A stretch of 64,000 bases of DNA from a virus: positions 32,001 through 96,000 of IMG/VR virus record IMGVR_UViG_3300021440_000015; one strand, written 5' to 3'. Shown here piece by piece: positions 39,674 through 50,246 of the stretch. Both the position numbers and the translations under genes were made by a program. The notes under the pieces were generated by a model. That model was not told the origin of the DNA. It did not search any database and worked only from the letters and a program-made list of their open reading frames with translations. Position 1 is the stretch's first letter. The number at the start of each line of letters is the position of its first letter.

Positions 39674-42035
39674 ATGCAAACTGCTATGCTGCCATTTAAC
39701 ATAGACCTGTTAAACCTTTCTGACATAGACATCAGAACCATCAGACCTGTTAAGGTTCTAGACATAACCGATGGGCTGACCAAGAACTTTCATCCGGATG
39801 GTTTATTCAGCACCCAAACCTTTGGTATGGTGGGTGAAGAAAAACGAAATAGGATGTTCTCTTATATTAATCTGAATATAAAAGTGCTACACCCTATCAT
39901 CTTTAAATCTTTATACGATCTAAAGTCTCTTTATGGAGATATCATGTCGTCTAAAGCATACGCTATATTTGACCCAGAGTTGAAAGATTTTGTAAAATCT
40001 GATCAGATAGATGGTCAAACTGGTTTCGATTTCTTCATCAAACATCTACCAGAGCTTAAATTTGAACAAAACAGTTCTGTAAGAAGACAGTTTAATATCA
40101 AGCTAGTGGATAAGTACAGACAAAAAGCTCTTATAGATAAGTTTGTCGTAATGCCTGCTGGTTTAAGAGATTACGTTTTAGACGAGAATAATCAACCTAG
40201 TGAGGATGAAATAAATACACTTTACAGAAGAGTATTATCTTTATCTAGTATTATAGGTACCGTAAACTCACAGCTAAATGCTGAATACTTCAACAACATG
40301 CGGTTTCAGCTACAGCTTGCCTGTAATGAGATTTTTGAATACATAAAAAATCTTCTTGAGGGTAAAAGCAAACTCATACTTGGTAAATGGGCAGGTAGAA
40401 AAACCTTTCACTCCACCAGAAATGTTATTACGTCCTATATCAGCAAGAATACACAGCTATTTGGTCCTAGACATGTATCATCCACGCAAACTGTAGTAGG
40501 CCTGTACCAGTATTTAAGAGCTACTCTGCCTTTATCCATAAAGAATGTGAGGGACGGTTTTATAGGAAGTGTCTTTACAGGGCCGAACTCACCTATGATA
40601 CTGGTGAATAAAAAGACGCTGAAAAAAGTAGTAGTTCCTATCAATCCTAAGGAATATGACAAATGGATGACTAATGAAGGCTTGGAGAAAGTCTTTGCTA
40701 CCTATGGACAAGAGAACCTCAGACACAGTTATGTGGAGATATCTGATCACTACGCAGGTTTAATTTTTAAAGGTAAGGACGGGACTTATAAAATCTTCCA
40801 GGACATAGATGAGTTACCCGAACGTTACAGTAGAGAAGATGTGACACCTCTGACTATAACAGAACTCATTATGTTGAGTGTCTATGGAGATTCATCTGAA
40901 ACACCTTGTTTCACAACAAGATATCCTATTACAGGATATGGTAGCATATATCCCAGTTATGTATATCTTAAAACCACAGTAGAATCTGACACAAGAACCC
41001 TGCTAGATGACAAATGGGAACCTACCGAATTTGCTTGTGCTGAGTTTCCAATATACGGAAATGGGTTTTATAATTCCTTTTCAGTAGCCTCTAAAAATTT
41101 ATCAAGACTTGGTGCTGATAAAAAGGATAAAAAATGAGTTAAACGTATTCTCATTTTGTTATCCAATTGTCCTCTTAAATAGTAATATTTAAAGAGATTT
41201 TTCTTGAATTGCTGGAACATCCTAAAGTTAATCCACCACCGCTAGATGAAAATCAAAGCCAAGGTTTGAAAACGGATTAAATGAAACAATGGGTAATCAG
41301 CAGCTAAGACGCTAAAGTTGACTCTATAGTCAACCATGCGTAAAGTTCAACGACTAACCCTTAAGCAAGGTGTAGGAGATAGTATCTCCGAAGTGGGAAA
41401 CGCCCTACTGTTTATACAGAGGGTGAAGATATAGTCTGCTCCTTTGGGAAAGCCAAAGGCGGGTGTCTTAACACACCGGGTTACTTTATGATAGGTTTGA
41501 AACCGAACGACTGTAACTGGACAATAGGTTCGATAAGTAACATTGTCGCATACAGAAGAAATTCTGTAATGAAAACTTCTTGAATTGCTGGAACTCCCTT
41601 AGAGCCTAATCACCACTGCGAGGCGAAAGCTAAAGCCAAGGTTTGAAAAGATTAGGATTGGGTTATCAGCAGCGAAGCACCGTATAGGTGAACGTTCAAC
41701 GACCATCCCGTAAGGGAGTAGGATCTAGCAGATCCGAAGTGGGAAGCATCTTATCAGATAAAGCTGAAGATGGTGATATGGTCTGTTCCTGTATGAAAGT
41801 ACAGGCGGGTGTCTGAGCACACCGGGTAAAGAGTGTAGGTTTATATAACCGAGCGACTTTACTGGACAATAAGGGTGATACAATGTCCTTAGTTTGCGTT
41901 ATGTCTGAAGAAGCTAAAGCAGAAATCAGAAATAAGATAAACTCTAGAGATTTTTACGTGGGTGTGAACAATAAAATGAACTTTAGTGGTTCTGATGATG
42001 TTCTTGACCTTACCTTAGCTAATATGACGGGCTAA
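39674..42035 (+). CDS. virion RNA polymerase beta' subunit (phiKZ gp180-like), spliced: join(39674..41119,41529..41534,41874..42035), about 537 aa
   Basis: FHPDGLFS, VMPAGLRD, GKWAGRK, TRYP motifs; joining the exons restores catalytic LGADFDGDTMS in frame; alternative start 39650. Confidence 0.9.
41120..41528 (+). ncRNA. group I self-splicing intron 1 in vRNAP beta' (no endonuclease ORF)
   Basis: Exon ends in U; IGS TTGTC (41167-41171) pairs GAT|AA with U.G at the splice site; P GAATTGCTGGAA, Q AATCAGCAG, R GTTCAACGACTA, S AAGATATAGTC; P7.1/P7.2 hairpins; terminal G. Confidence 0.9.
41535..41873 (+). ncRNA. group I self-splicing intron 2 in vRNAP beta' (no endonuclease ORF)
   Basis: IGS TTGTCG (41543-41548) pairs CGAT|AA; P GAATTGCTGGAA, Q TATCAGCAG, R GTTCAACGACCA and S GATATGGTC (compensatory P7 change); terminal G at 41873. 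Confidence 0.9.
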
Positions 42036-42039
42036 AAAC

Positions 42040-45000
42040 ATGCAAAAACTTTTCAATCTTTTCTATAAAGAAGTAGGCACAAGACGGATACAGAATCTTG
42101 CCAGTCCTAAATTAATAGACTTTATAAGCTTCCCAAGAAACTCTGTATATCACCATCACACCAGAGATGATGGAAGAGAGTTAGATGTATCTAAATTGTA
42201 TTTCAAAGGTTATAAAACAAAAATAGCCGTAGACTACATAACTGAATCTATTTTCACAGACGGCGGTGTCAGAAAAGTTAACCTGAATATAAAGAATCTC
42301 ATAAGAGACTTCTTTAATACTAATAAACAATTTCAATACAGACCTGATGCTTTATCCGTAGTTAAAGATTCCGGTACTTTAATAGTAGAAAATTATAACT
42401 ATCTGAATGATAGTTATAAATACATAGAAACATCTCTCACCCCCTACTATAAATTTCTAAATCATTACAGAACCATTCTGTCTAACATGGCTCTCGCCAT
42501 GGATAAAAACGACAGACAACATTTCTTTTTTGTAAACACACCCAGAGAGATACCTGCTTTAAGTTTTATAGTTCAATTTTCATCAAGCAAACCTTCGACA
42601 GGGATGCTTACAATTTTCAATAATGAGGAAAAGTTACTTATTCTAGAAATGTTTAAATGGTTAAATACAGAGAAAGCTTCTGAAAGTATTTTCTCTGTAT
42701 TTAAAAAATCACATCTTTCTAGAATTAACTTTGTTTTCTTCAGCAGAACAAACAAAGCTTCTATATTGAACTTAGGTTATTTACACGGTTGGGTCAAAGG
42801 CAATGACCTTAATACAAATTCAACCGATAAAGTTCAAGTAGAAGACAACGACCTTCAAAAATTATTTCTTAAGTTTCTTTTAAGTATTAATTTTGTCTCT
42901 GATGTTGAAGAGATTACAGAACACCCGACTGATCAAGACAACTTTACCTTAAAAACAAGATCTGATTCTGAACTAGGTGATGACTTTGATGAAAACTTTG
43001 AGATCAGCCCAGAGTTCACAACATTAAAAACCACACCTGTGATAGACCTTTCACCCAGTTCGATAAATACAAGTATCCCATCCTTGGATGAAATACCTGA
43101 CGATTTAGACTCAGATATATCTACAGACGAAACTATTGCCGCCTTACTGAATCAAATTGAACAAGATTTATCTGTCACAGAGAAGAAGCAGAAAATAACT
43201 CTTTCTAAAAAAGGGATTTCTATAGGTTCAGATGGTGATCTAGTTCAAACTAAAGTCACTAAGGAAATGACAGAAGAGCAAATTACTTCTGAAGTTTTTG
43301 GTGATAAAACATATCGGGAAGGGTTGCTGTCAGCTATTGAAGCAGCAGCCGATACTGGACGATTGTCTGCCGCAGAGTATAGAAAATTTCTAACTGCTGT
43401 GAGTGACTTTGAAAATATGCCTGATCCCTATAAAACAGGCAAGGTTATTTCAGAAGTTAACAAGGTAACCGTTAACGATATTGTCATTAACGACTCTGAA
43501 AATGAAATTGTGACATCAGAGATGATGATAGACAAAACCATGGGTGAGTCATCTTTACAAACTTTTGACAGTAAGTACATTAAAAATGTTTTGTCAAAAG
43601 ACATGCTTATGATGGTGTCCAGCATTCAGAAAGCTGGTGTTGTAATAGCCAGTTATGAAATAGAAACTGAAAGAAGCATAGCTGGAACCTATCAAGTACA
43701 TGAGATTCAGTTAAAACCAGTCGATGGTGCAGGTTCTACTCTTAGGTTTAGAGTTCCGGTTCCTGATGAAAATGGTGTTATGAAAGTTGGTGGTAGTCTC
43801 TATAGCTATAGAAAACAGATAGTAGATCTACCTGTCCGTAAGATAGATCCGGTAACAGTTGCTTTATCTAGCTATTACGGTAAGACCTTTGTAGCTGTGT
43901 CTGACAAAAAAGCCAATAGTTCTTATGACTGGTTGTTAAGAAACATATCTAAATTAAGTATTTTGGATAATCCGGTCATTACTGATTTGGGCCCCGCTGA
44001 TGTTTTCAACAATTTATTCAAAGCTCCTTATCTTTATAGTTTCTTATCTAAAAACTATAAAACTTTCAAAATAAAAGGTAATACTTTTGTTTTTGATGAA
44101 AGGGAAAGATCTATAATCTACCCAAATTTCTCAAAGATAGAGAAAAACGGTAGTGTGGTTTGTGGTTTCACAGAGACATCAGAACCTATAGTCATGTCAG
44201 AGACCGAAGAGTTTCTAATCTATAGAGCTGGCGGTTATGTCAGTCTCGGTAACATAGAAACTATGTTAGGCATAGACAAGACTAAGTCACCTGTAGATTT
44301 TACTGAACTAAGGGTCTTTGCTAAAACAGTTCCTGTGGGTGTGGTTCTTGGTTATTATATCGGTTTTGGCAAACTTTTAAAATTGATCAAGGCTGAGTAC
44401 AGAGCTGTAGAAGGTAGATCTCTTAAGAATTTACAAGCAGATGAATATGTTGTAGCATTTTCTGATACTTCTTATATCTTTACAAGAAAACAAAGAGCTG
44501 TAAGTCTCATGGTTTCTGGTTTCCTTGAGTATGAGAAGGTAATAAAACAGTTTCCTGTAGAAACATTTAACGATAAAGATGTTTACTTCAATCTTTTTGA
44601 CAGTAAATCTATGTCTGCTCTGTATATAAGAGAGTTGGACATATATCGTCAGTTGTTCATAGACGGCATAACTAAGACTATCTTAGAACAAATGGGTCTG
44701 CCTGTGACTTTTGAAGGTCTTTTAGTAAAGTCTACTGAAATGCTTTGTGAATATGGTTACCCTGATACCCAGGATATGAATCACATGCGCATCAGAGGTT
44801 ACGAAAGAATACCAGGTATCGTATACAGTCAATTGGCTACTGCTATACGTCAGTACAGAACAAAGAATATCTCAGGCAGATCCAAGATAGAGATGTCGCC
44901 TTTTGCTGTATGGTCTACAATAATGAAAGACCCTGCTATTAAGTTAGTGGAAGATATTAACCCTATCCAGAACATGAAAGAATCTGAGATAGTCACATAC

Positions 45001-47717
45001 GTAGGTGAAGGCGGAAGAGGAAAAGAATCTATGAACAAAGCCACTAGGGCTTTTCATGTTTCTAATGTGGGTGTGGTATCTGAAGCCTCTGTAGATAGTG
45101 GTGACGTAGGTATAAACTTTTATCTTTCATCTAACCCTAATTTTAAGGACATGCGAGGCATAGTTAAATCTGACAAGAAGATAACTCCTACGTCTATGGT
45201 AAGTACAGCCACCATGCTTGCACCAGGTAGTAGTAAAGATGATTAAATATATACAGTGAGGAACTGTATATGATTGAATGTAATACACCTAATTTTAAGA
45301 TTCCAAAAGGTTACTCTAAATACAGAGTCTCGCCAGATGGAAAAGTTTTTTCGTTTCATAAAGAAAAGTTTTTAAAAGGGTCTATAAATCCAGCAGGTTA
45401 CACCAATATTAGATTAACATCCGATAATGGTGTAACATTAACTTGGGGATTGCATAGACTGATAGCGTTTTGTTTTATTTGTAGTGATTATGAAAAGTTT
45501 GGTGAGTTGTATGTAAACCATAAGGACGGTAATAAACACAACAACGCACTTGAAAATCTTGAAATCGTAACACCTAAACAGAACGTTGAACACGCAGGTC
45601 TTAACAACTTAAGTAGAAAGTGTTTACCTATTTTGGTAAGAGATGTTAAAAGTGGTTTGATATCGGAATACCCTAGCATCATTGAATGTTCCAAACATCT
45701 TGGTGTTAGTAAGGATACTGTTTTATACAGATTAAGATATCTAGGTAAGAGATTATCGCCATCTGGTCAACAATTCAAACTGAAGAAAGATAAAACACCT
45801 TGGGTTGAAATAAAAGATTTAGAAGAAGCGAAAAAACTTTACGGTAGGAACAAAAGCGTTGCGGTGAGAACATATCCAGCTATTGAAAGAATCACTATCT
45901 ACAGTAGTTGTAATGAAGTATCGTCAAAATTAGGCTTAAGCGCAGGTTATGTTTCTCAGTTGTTTTACAACAAAGATCAGCCGGTTATAGATAATTTTAT
46001 TCAGCTTAAACCTAATGATAATTCGATACCTTGGGTAACACACACAGATTTCATTGAAAGTTATGAAAATTTCACAGGGTGTAAAGTCATAACTGTTTGG
46101 AACTGTTTGACAGACGAAAGAAAAATATATAAGTCTGTCACAAGTTGCGCTAGTGATAATGGTATTAAAATAACTACCTTACATTGGCGTTTAAACCAAG
46201 AAGCAAAGGTTCACCGTGACGGTAGAAAGTATGTGTATTACAGTCAGTTAAGTCCTTTGGAAAAGAAACTTTTCAAAGAATCTCTTTGAATTGCTGGGAA
46301 CTCTTGTTAGATCACTGAACCACTGCGAGGCGAAAGCCAAAGCCAAGGTTTGAAAATCAGTGAGTAGAGACAATCAGCAGCTAAGACGCTAAAGTTGATT
46401 CTGATCAACCATGCGTAAAGTTCAACGACTAAGGTTTTATCAACCTGTAGGGTACCTAGCGGTATTCGAAGCGGAGAGCACCCTACTGTATACAGAGGGT
46501 GAAGATATAGTCTGTTCCTGTATGAGAATATAGGCGGGTGTCTGAGCACACCGGGTAAAGAGGGTAAGCTGTGAAGCTGAGCGACTTTACTGGACAGTAA
46601 GGGAAAACGCGTCAACTTTGTCCAAATACAGATGTCTCATTTAATCGCGTGTAAAGATTATCATCAACCTATCGTAAGAACAGGTTATGAGTATGTAGTA
46701 CCTAATAGAACATCTGAAATATTTGCCTATAATGCCAAAGACGACGGTGAGGTTATCTCATTGGCTAAAACTGGTTTGATCGTCAAGTATAAAAACGGCG
46801 AGCAAAAAGGCATACAGCTTGGTCGTATTTACGGAAAAGCTGAAGGTAGTGTATACCCACATGACATTGTTTCTAGTGTTAAACTCGGTGATAAGTTTAT
46901 CAAAGGTGATAACATAGCTTATAATACAGGTTTCTTTGAGAAAGATTTACTTGATCCAAAAAGAGTAGTTATGAAAAACTCTATGACGATCAAAGTAGCT
47001 CTGATGGAAACCAACCAGACTCACGAAGATAGTTGCTCTATTTCTAATAGAGTGTCTTTAATGTCTAGTGCCAAAACCACAAAAATGAAATCGGTCACTG
47101 TTTCCTTTAAACAAAACTTGCACAATGTTGCATCTTTTGGACAAAGAATAAAACCGAATGATATTTTGATGGTAATGGAAGATGAAATTACTTCCACAGG
47201 TCATTTTGATGAAGAATCACTTTCACTATTAGCCGACTTATCTAAACAGTCTATTAAGTCTAAATACGACGGGGTTTTAGATAGAATAGAAGTTTACTAT
47301 CACGGTAGTAAAGAAGATATGAGTCCTTCTTTAAGAGCACTTGCTGATAAAAGTGATCAGGTATTAGAAACTATATGTAAATCGACTAACTCGCCTGTAG
47401 TCACGGGTGAAGTTAACGATGAATACAGAGTAGCTGGTTCTCGTCTGAGTTTAGACAAAGCTGAGATAAAACTTTATATAACCATGGATACAATCAGCGG
47501 TACAGGTGATAAACTTGTGTTCGCTAATCAAATGAAGAGTGTGGTGGGTGAGGTAATGGATTATGATGTAAAGACAGAATCCGGTGAGAGAGTAGATGCC
47601 ATATTTGGTTTTCGCTCAATCATGGCTCGTGTAGTGACATCACCTATAATCATAGGTACCACAACCACCTTACTTAAAAAAGTTGCTGAAAAAGCTGTCA
47701 AAGTTTACAAAGGTTAA
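42040..47717 (+). CDS. virion RNA polymerase beta subunit (phiKZ gp178-like), spliced: join(42040..45243,46602..47717), about 1439 aa
   Basis: RpoB-like motifs SEASVDSGDVG, RTGYE, HEDS, GDKLVFANQMKSV; joining gives KDD|GKRVNFVQIQ, equivalent to RpoB HDDANRALMGANMQ. Confidence 0.9.
45244..46601 (+). mobile_element. mobile group I intron 3 carrying an HNH homing endonuclease in the P1 loop
   Basis: Exon ends GAT; IGS ..AAGTC near 46250-46254 followed by P2; P GAATTGCTGGGAA, Q AATCAGCAG, R GTTCAACGACTA, S AAGATATAGTC; terminal G at 46601. Confidence 0.9.
45270..46289 (+). CDS. HNH homing endonuclease (NUMOD4-like N-terminus, HNH, repeated NUMOD1-like HTH modules)
   Basis: IPKGYSKYRVSPDGKV, LHRLIA..F, VNHKDGNKHNNALENLE, three Y.S...C/V....G modules. 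Confidence 0.9.
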   Translation: MIECNTPNFKIPKGYSKYRVSPDGKVFSFHKEKFLKGSINPAGYTNIRLTSDNGVTLTWGLHRLIAFCFICSDYEKFGELYVNHKDGNKHNNALENLEIVTPKQNVEHAGLNNLSRKCLPILVRDVKSGLISEYPSIIECSKHLGVSKDTVLYRLRYLGKRLSPSGQQFKLKKDKTPWVEIKDLEEAKKLYGRNKSVAVRTYPAIERITIYSSCNEVSSKLGLSAGYVSQLFYNKDQPVIDNFIQLKPNDNSIPWVTHTDFIESYENFTGCKVITVWNCLTDERKIYKSVTSCASDNGIKITTLHWRLNQEAKVHRDGRKYVYYSQLSPLEKKLFKESL

Positions 47718-47719
47718 TC

Positions 47720-47911
47720 ATGGCAATTCCTAACTTAACTGTGCATAATACAGTTGTCATAGCTAATATCGGTCAAGTTGTTAATAGCATTTTGACTAAT
47801 ATTGCTGGTAATGACATTTCTAACGCTATCAACGGCTCTAAGGCTACTGTTGAAGTAATTCACAGCTTGGTTAAACAACGCATCCAAGCCAAAATAAAAA
47901 ACACTAAATAA
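47720..47911 (+). CDS. small hypothetical protein
   Basis: 63-aa ORF coupled to the vRNAP beta stop; hairpin follows at about 47919-47948. Confidence 0.6.
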   Translation: MAIPNLTVHNTVVIANIGQVVNSILTNIAGNDISNAINGSKATVEVIHSLVKQRIQAKIKNTK

Positions 47912-47980
47912 AAATAGATACCTAGCTAGGTAATACTAGCTGGGTATTTAAACACCGCATTCTTTCTTTAGGAACAGATC

Positions 47981-49444
47981 ATGTTAGATAAAGTAATTTT
48001 GACTTCTTCGTTTGAATTGGCAGAAAGACTCGCCAGCGAGAAAAAAGTTATAGTTGTAAATTCAAATAGCTTACTTGGACAGCTGACTGCTTTGTCAACT
48101 GCTAATGTAAACAACAGTGTGCTACCTCAATCTGCTGAAGCTAATACACCAGAGCAGATTTCTTTTTTAGCAGACATTATTTCTAATTTTACATCTGGAA
48201 ATGGTGAAAATGCAACATTACACGACAGTGCTCTTGACGACATAGTCAGCAATCTGAGTAAAGTTGTTACTAACCACATAGCTATTGCAAGAACCGTTGT
48301 TAAACCGCATGTATTAGACTTTATGTCTGATTACGCAGAATATTGCAACAGGACCAAACTTATAGATCCAGCCGGATCGTTTAATATTGTTCAAAAAGAA
48401 CTTCCATCTTTATTTGAAGATGAATCTTTTATAGAGCAATTTAAATATTACGAAGGTAAAATGGCTGTGATGCCAAAGACATATGTAGATATGTCTAATG
48501 TAAGGTTGGATCCTGAAACTATTTTAAAGACAGGTTCGGCTCGTATCGACAAAATGATAGATGAGATCGCTCAGGAAATGGGGCCTGATTTCATCTCTGG
48601 TGTTTTAAGTTCTTTTATAACTAAGAACAACGTAACATCCAATGATGTTGGCTATAGTAACTTAGGCCAGCAGAACTTATACGACGCTATGTATATTTCA
48701 CTTGTGTTGTATCTGAGTGCTCAGAAACTACACAATAACGTACCTGAAGGACTAGACACAAGTCTAGAAATTTATCAGAACTGCATGCTTGAGATAAGAG
48801 ACTTTGCAGGCTCCATGCTTAACAACCTCATTAAGCGTGCCTATTTCATGCTTAAGAGCAACACTCTGATATTGAAATCTGACAGTCGGAATAAAACTGT
48901 CTACGTTCAAGGGTCTGTTTATAGATCTTTCATTGAGCAGGGCGGTGCTGTTGAGATGATTTTAGGTATTTGTGCGACGGATAGCGGTTTGGCTATTATG
49001 GGCTCTATACTTGACAATAGAGATGTACTAATTAAAGGCTGGAATTCTTACTGTACCTTTATGTCAGTAACAGCTGAAAATTCTAAACTTGAAAATACCA
49101 AGTCGTATTTAACAAGTGTTTTTAACACGGCTATGAATAATCTGTCCGATGTTGAAAAAGAATACTCGCTGAAAAATCCAAAATACGTGGAAACTGCAGT
49201 TAAGCTTGCTAATGATTATATCAAAGAACTCAAGCTGCATGATTTAGACCTTGTATCCGAATTATCACTCAACCTGATGGCTAATTGTCGGTTCTTCTTT
49301 ACTGCTGGGTATCAGATTTTGTCCGGTATTGAACAAGCCACCAAACTCAATGTGAATCTTGATCCAAGAGAAGCTGCTTTGGTCTCCGCTGTTAACTACA
49401 TTACTGATTTCTTAGTAGATCAGACTACAATAGCACAAGTATGA
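47981..49444 (+). CDS. conserved phiKZ-like protein (probably virion-associated)
   Basis: 487-aa ORF between vRNAP beta and the protease, as in phiKZ-like gene order. Confidence 0.65.
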   Translation: MLDKVILTSSFELAERLASEKKVIVVNSNSLLGQLTALSTANVNNSVLPQSAEANTPEQISFLADIISNFTSGNGENATLHDSALDDIVSNLSKVVTNHIAIARTVVKPHVLDFMSDYAEYCNRTKLIDPAGSFNIVQKELPSLFEDESFIEQFKYYEGKMAVMPKTYVDMSNVRLDPETILKTGSARIDKMIDEIAQEMGPDFISGVLSSFITKNNVTSNDVGYSNLGQQNLYDAMYISLVLYLSAQKLHNNVPEGLDTSLEIYQNCMLEIRDFAGSMLNNLIKRAYFMLKSNTLILKSDSRNKTVYVQGSVYRSFIEQGGAVEMILGICATDSGLAIMGSILDNRDVLIKGWNSYCTFMSVTAENSKLENTKSYLTSVFNTAMNNLSDVEKEYSLKNPKYVETAVKLANDYIKELKLHDLDLVSELSLNLMANCRFFFTAGYQILSGIEQATKLNVNLDPREAALVSAVNYITDFLVDQTTIAQV

Positions 49445-50154
49445 AATACATACGCAGCTCAGCGTGTAAAAGAAATTTAATAGAAAACGAAAAAGGACAG
49501 ATCATTACAAAAGAAAATTGTAAGATACAGATACCTTTTCGTTTTTCTGTTAGAGGTCTTGGTGAAGTAGGTGTTAACACTCGTGCTTATGGGTGCTTAC
49601 CTATCATCTTTGAGAATGGAGAATTTACTCTGTGTAATGTAACTGCTATTTTAGATTTAAATCCATTTAAAACAGCTGTTGTAATGATAGATGATGTTGA
49701 GTACTATGAATTTACATTCAGAGCAGGTGACGTCGTTATTAAGAACACAGAGGTAGTTAGAGATGACCTGTTAATGTATAACATCTTTGACGAGTTTATT
49801 TTCAAAGGTAAGATACCTTGGTATATGGGCTATGAAGATGTAGGTAAGTTATTCGACACAGCCGATAGCCATGCTGGTAGTGCGGTTGCTTCTAACTATG
49901 AGGTTATTGAACTAATAGCCTCTATGGTTACAAGAAGTAAAGATGACAGAACTAAATATATACGATCTGTTGCTAAAACTGATGAAGATTTTAATGACAG
50001 TAAAATTAGTTATGTACCTCTAAGTAGTATTTTCTACTCTGTTAACAGCACAGTTAACAAAATAGCTGGTAGTTATTTCTCTGATGGTGTTGTGAGTGCT
50101 TTGGTTACTCCTACTACTAAAGTAGATAAAATTGAAAGCATACTTCGAGCTTAA
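49441..50154 (+). CDS. conserved phiKZ-like protein
   Basis: 237 aa; GKIPWYMGYED, KIAGSYF motifs; ATGA-coupled. Confidence 0.65.
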   Translation: MKYIRSSACKRNLIENEKGQIITKENCKIQIPFRFSVRGLGEVGVNTRAYGCLPIIFENGEFTLCNVTAILDLNPFKTAVVMIDDVEYYEFTFRAGDVVIKNTEVVRDDLLMYNIFDEFIFKGKIPWYMGYEDVGKLFDTADSHAGSAVASNYEVIELIASMVTRSKDDRTKYIRSVAKTDEDFNDSKISYVPLSSIFYSVNSTVNKIAGSYFSDGVVSALVTPTTKVDKIESILRA

Positions 50155-50246
50155 GCCTATCTGGAGCCATTAGGCTCCAGATAGTTCTTATCGTTTTTAA
50201 TTAAATACAGTGGTTGCAGTTATTTTTATCTTATATTGAGGCAGGC

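Noticed and set aside
39650-41137. ORF-track 495-aa beta' protein as a complete gene or truncated pseudogene
   Set aside because: Its KKDKK tail is intron sequence; splicing restores DFDGD and a 53-aa C-terminus
41138-42039. Repeated segments as CRISPR array, tRNA or rRNA
   Set aside because: The repeats are conserved group I intron elements; no regular repeat-spacer period or cloverleaf
46307-46615. 102-aa minus-strand ORF
   Set aside because: Antisense to the intron 3 ribozyme core, with no recognisable protein features
46632-47717. 361-aa ORF as an independent RNAP subunit
   Set aside because: The frame extends upstream to 46602 and joins the 42040 ORF across a group I intron
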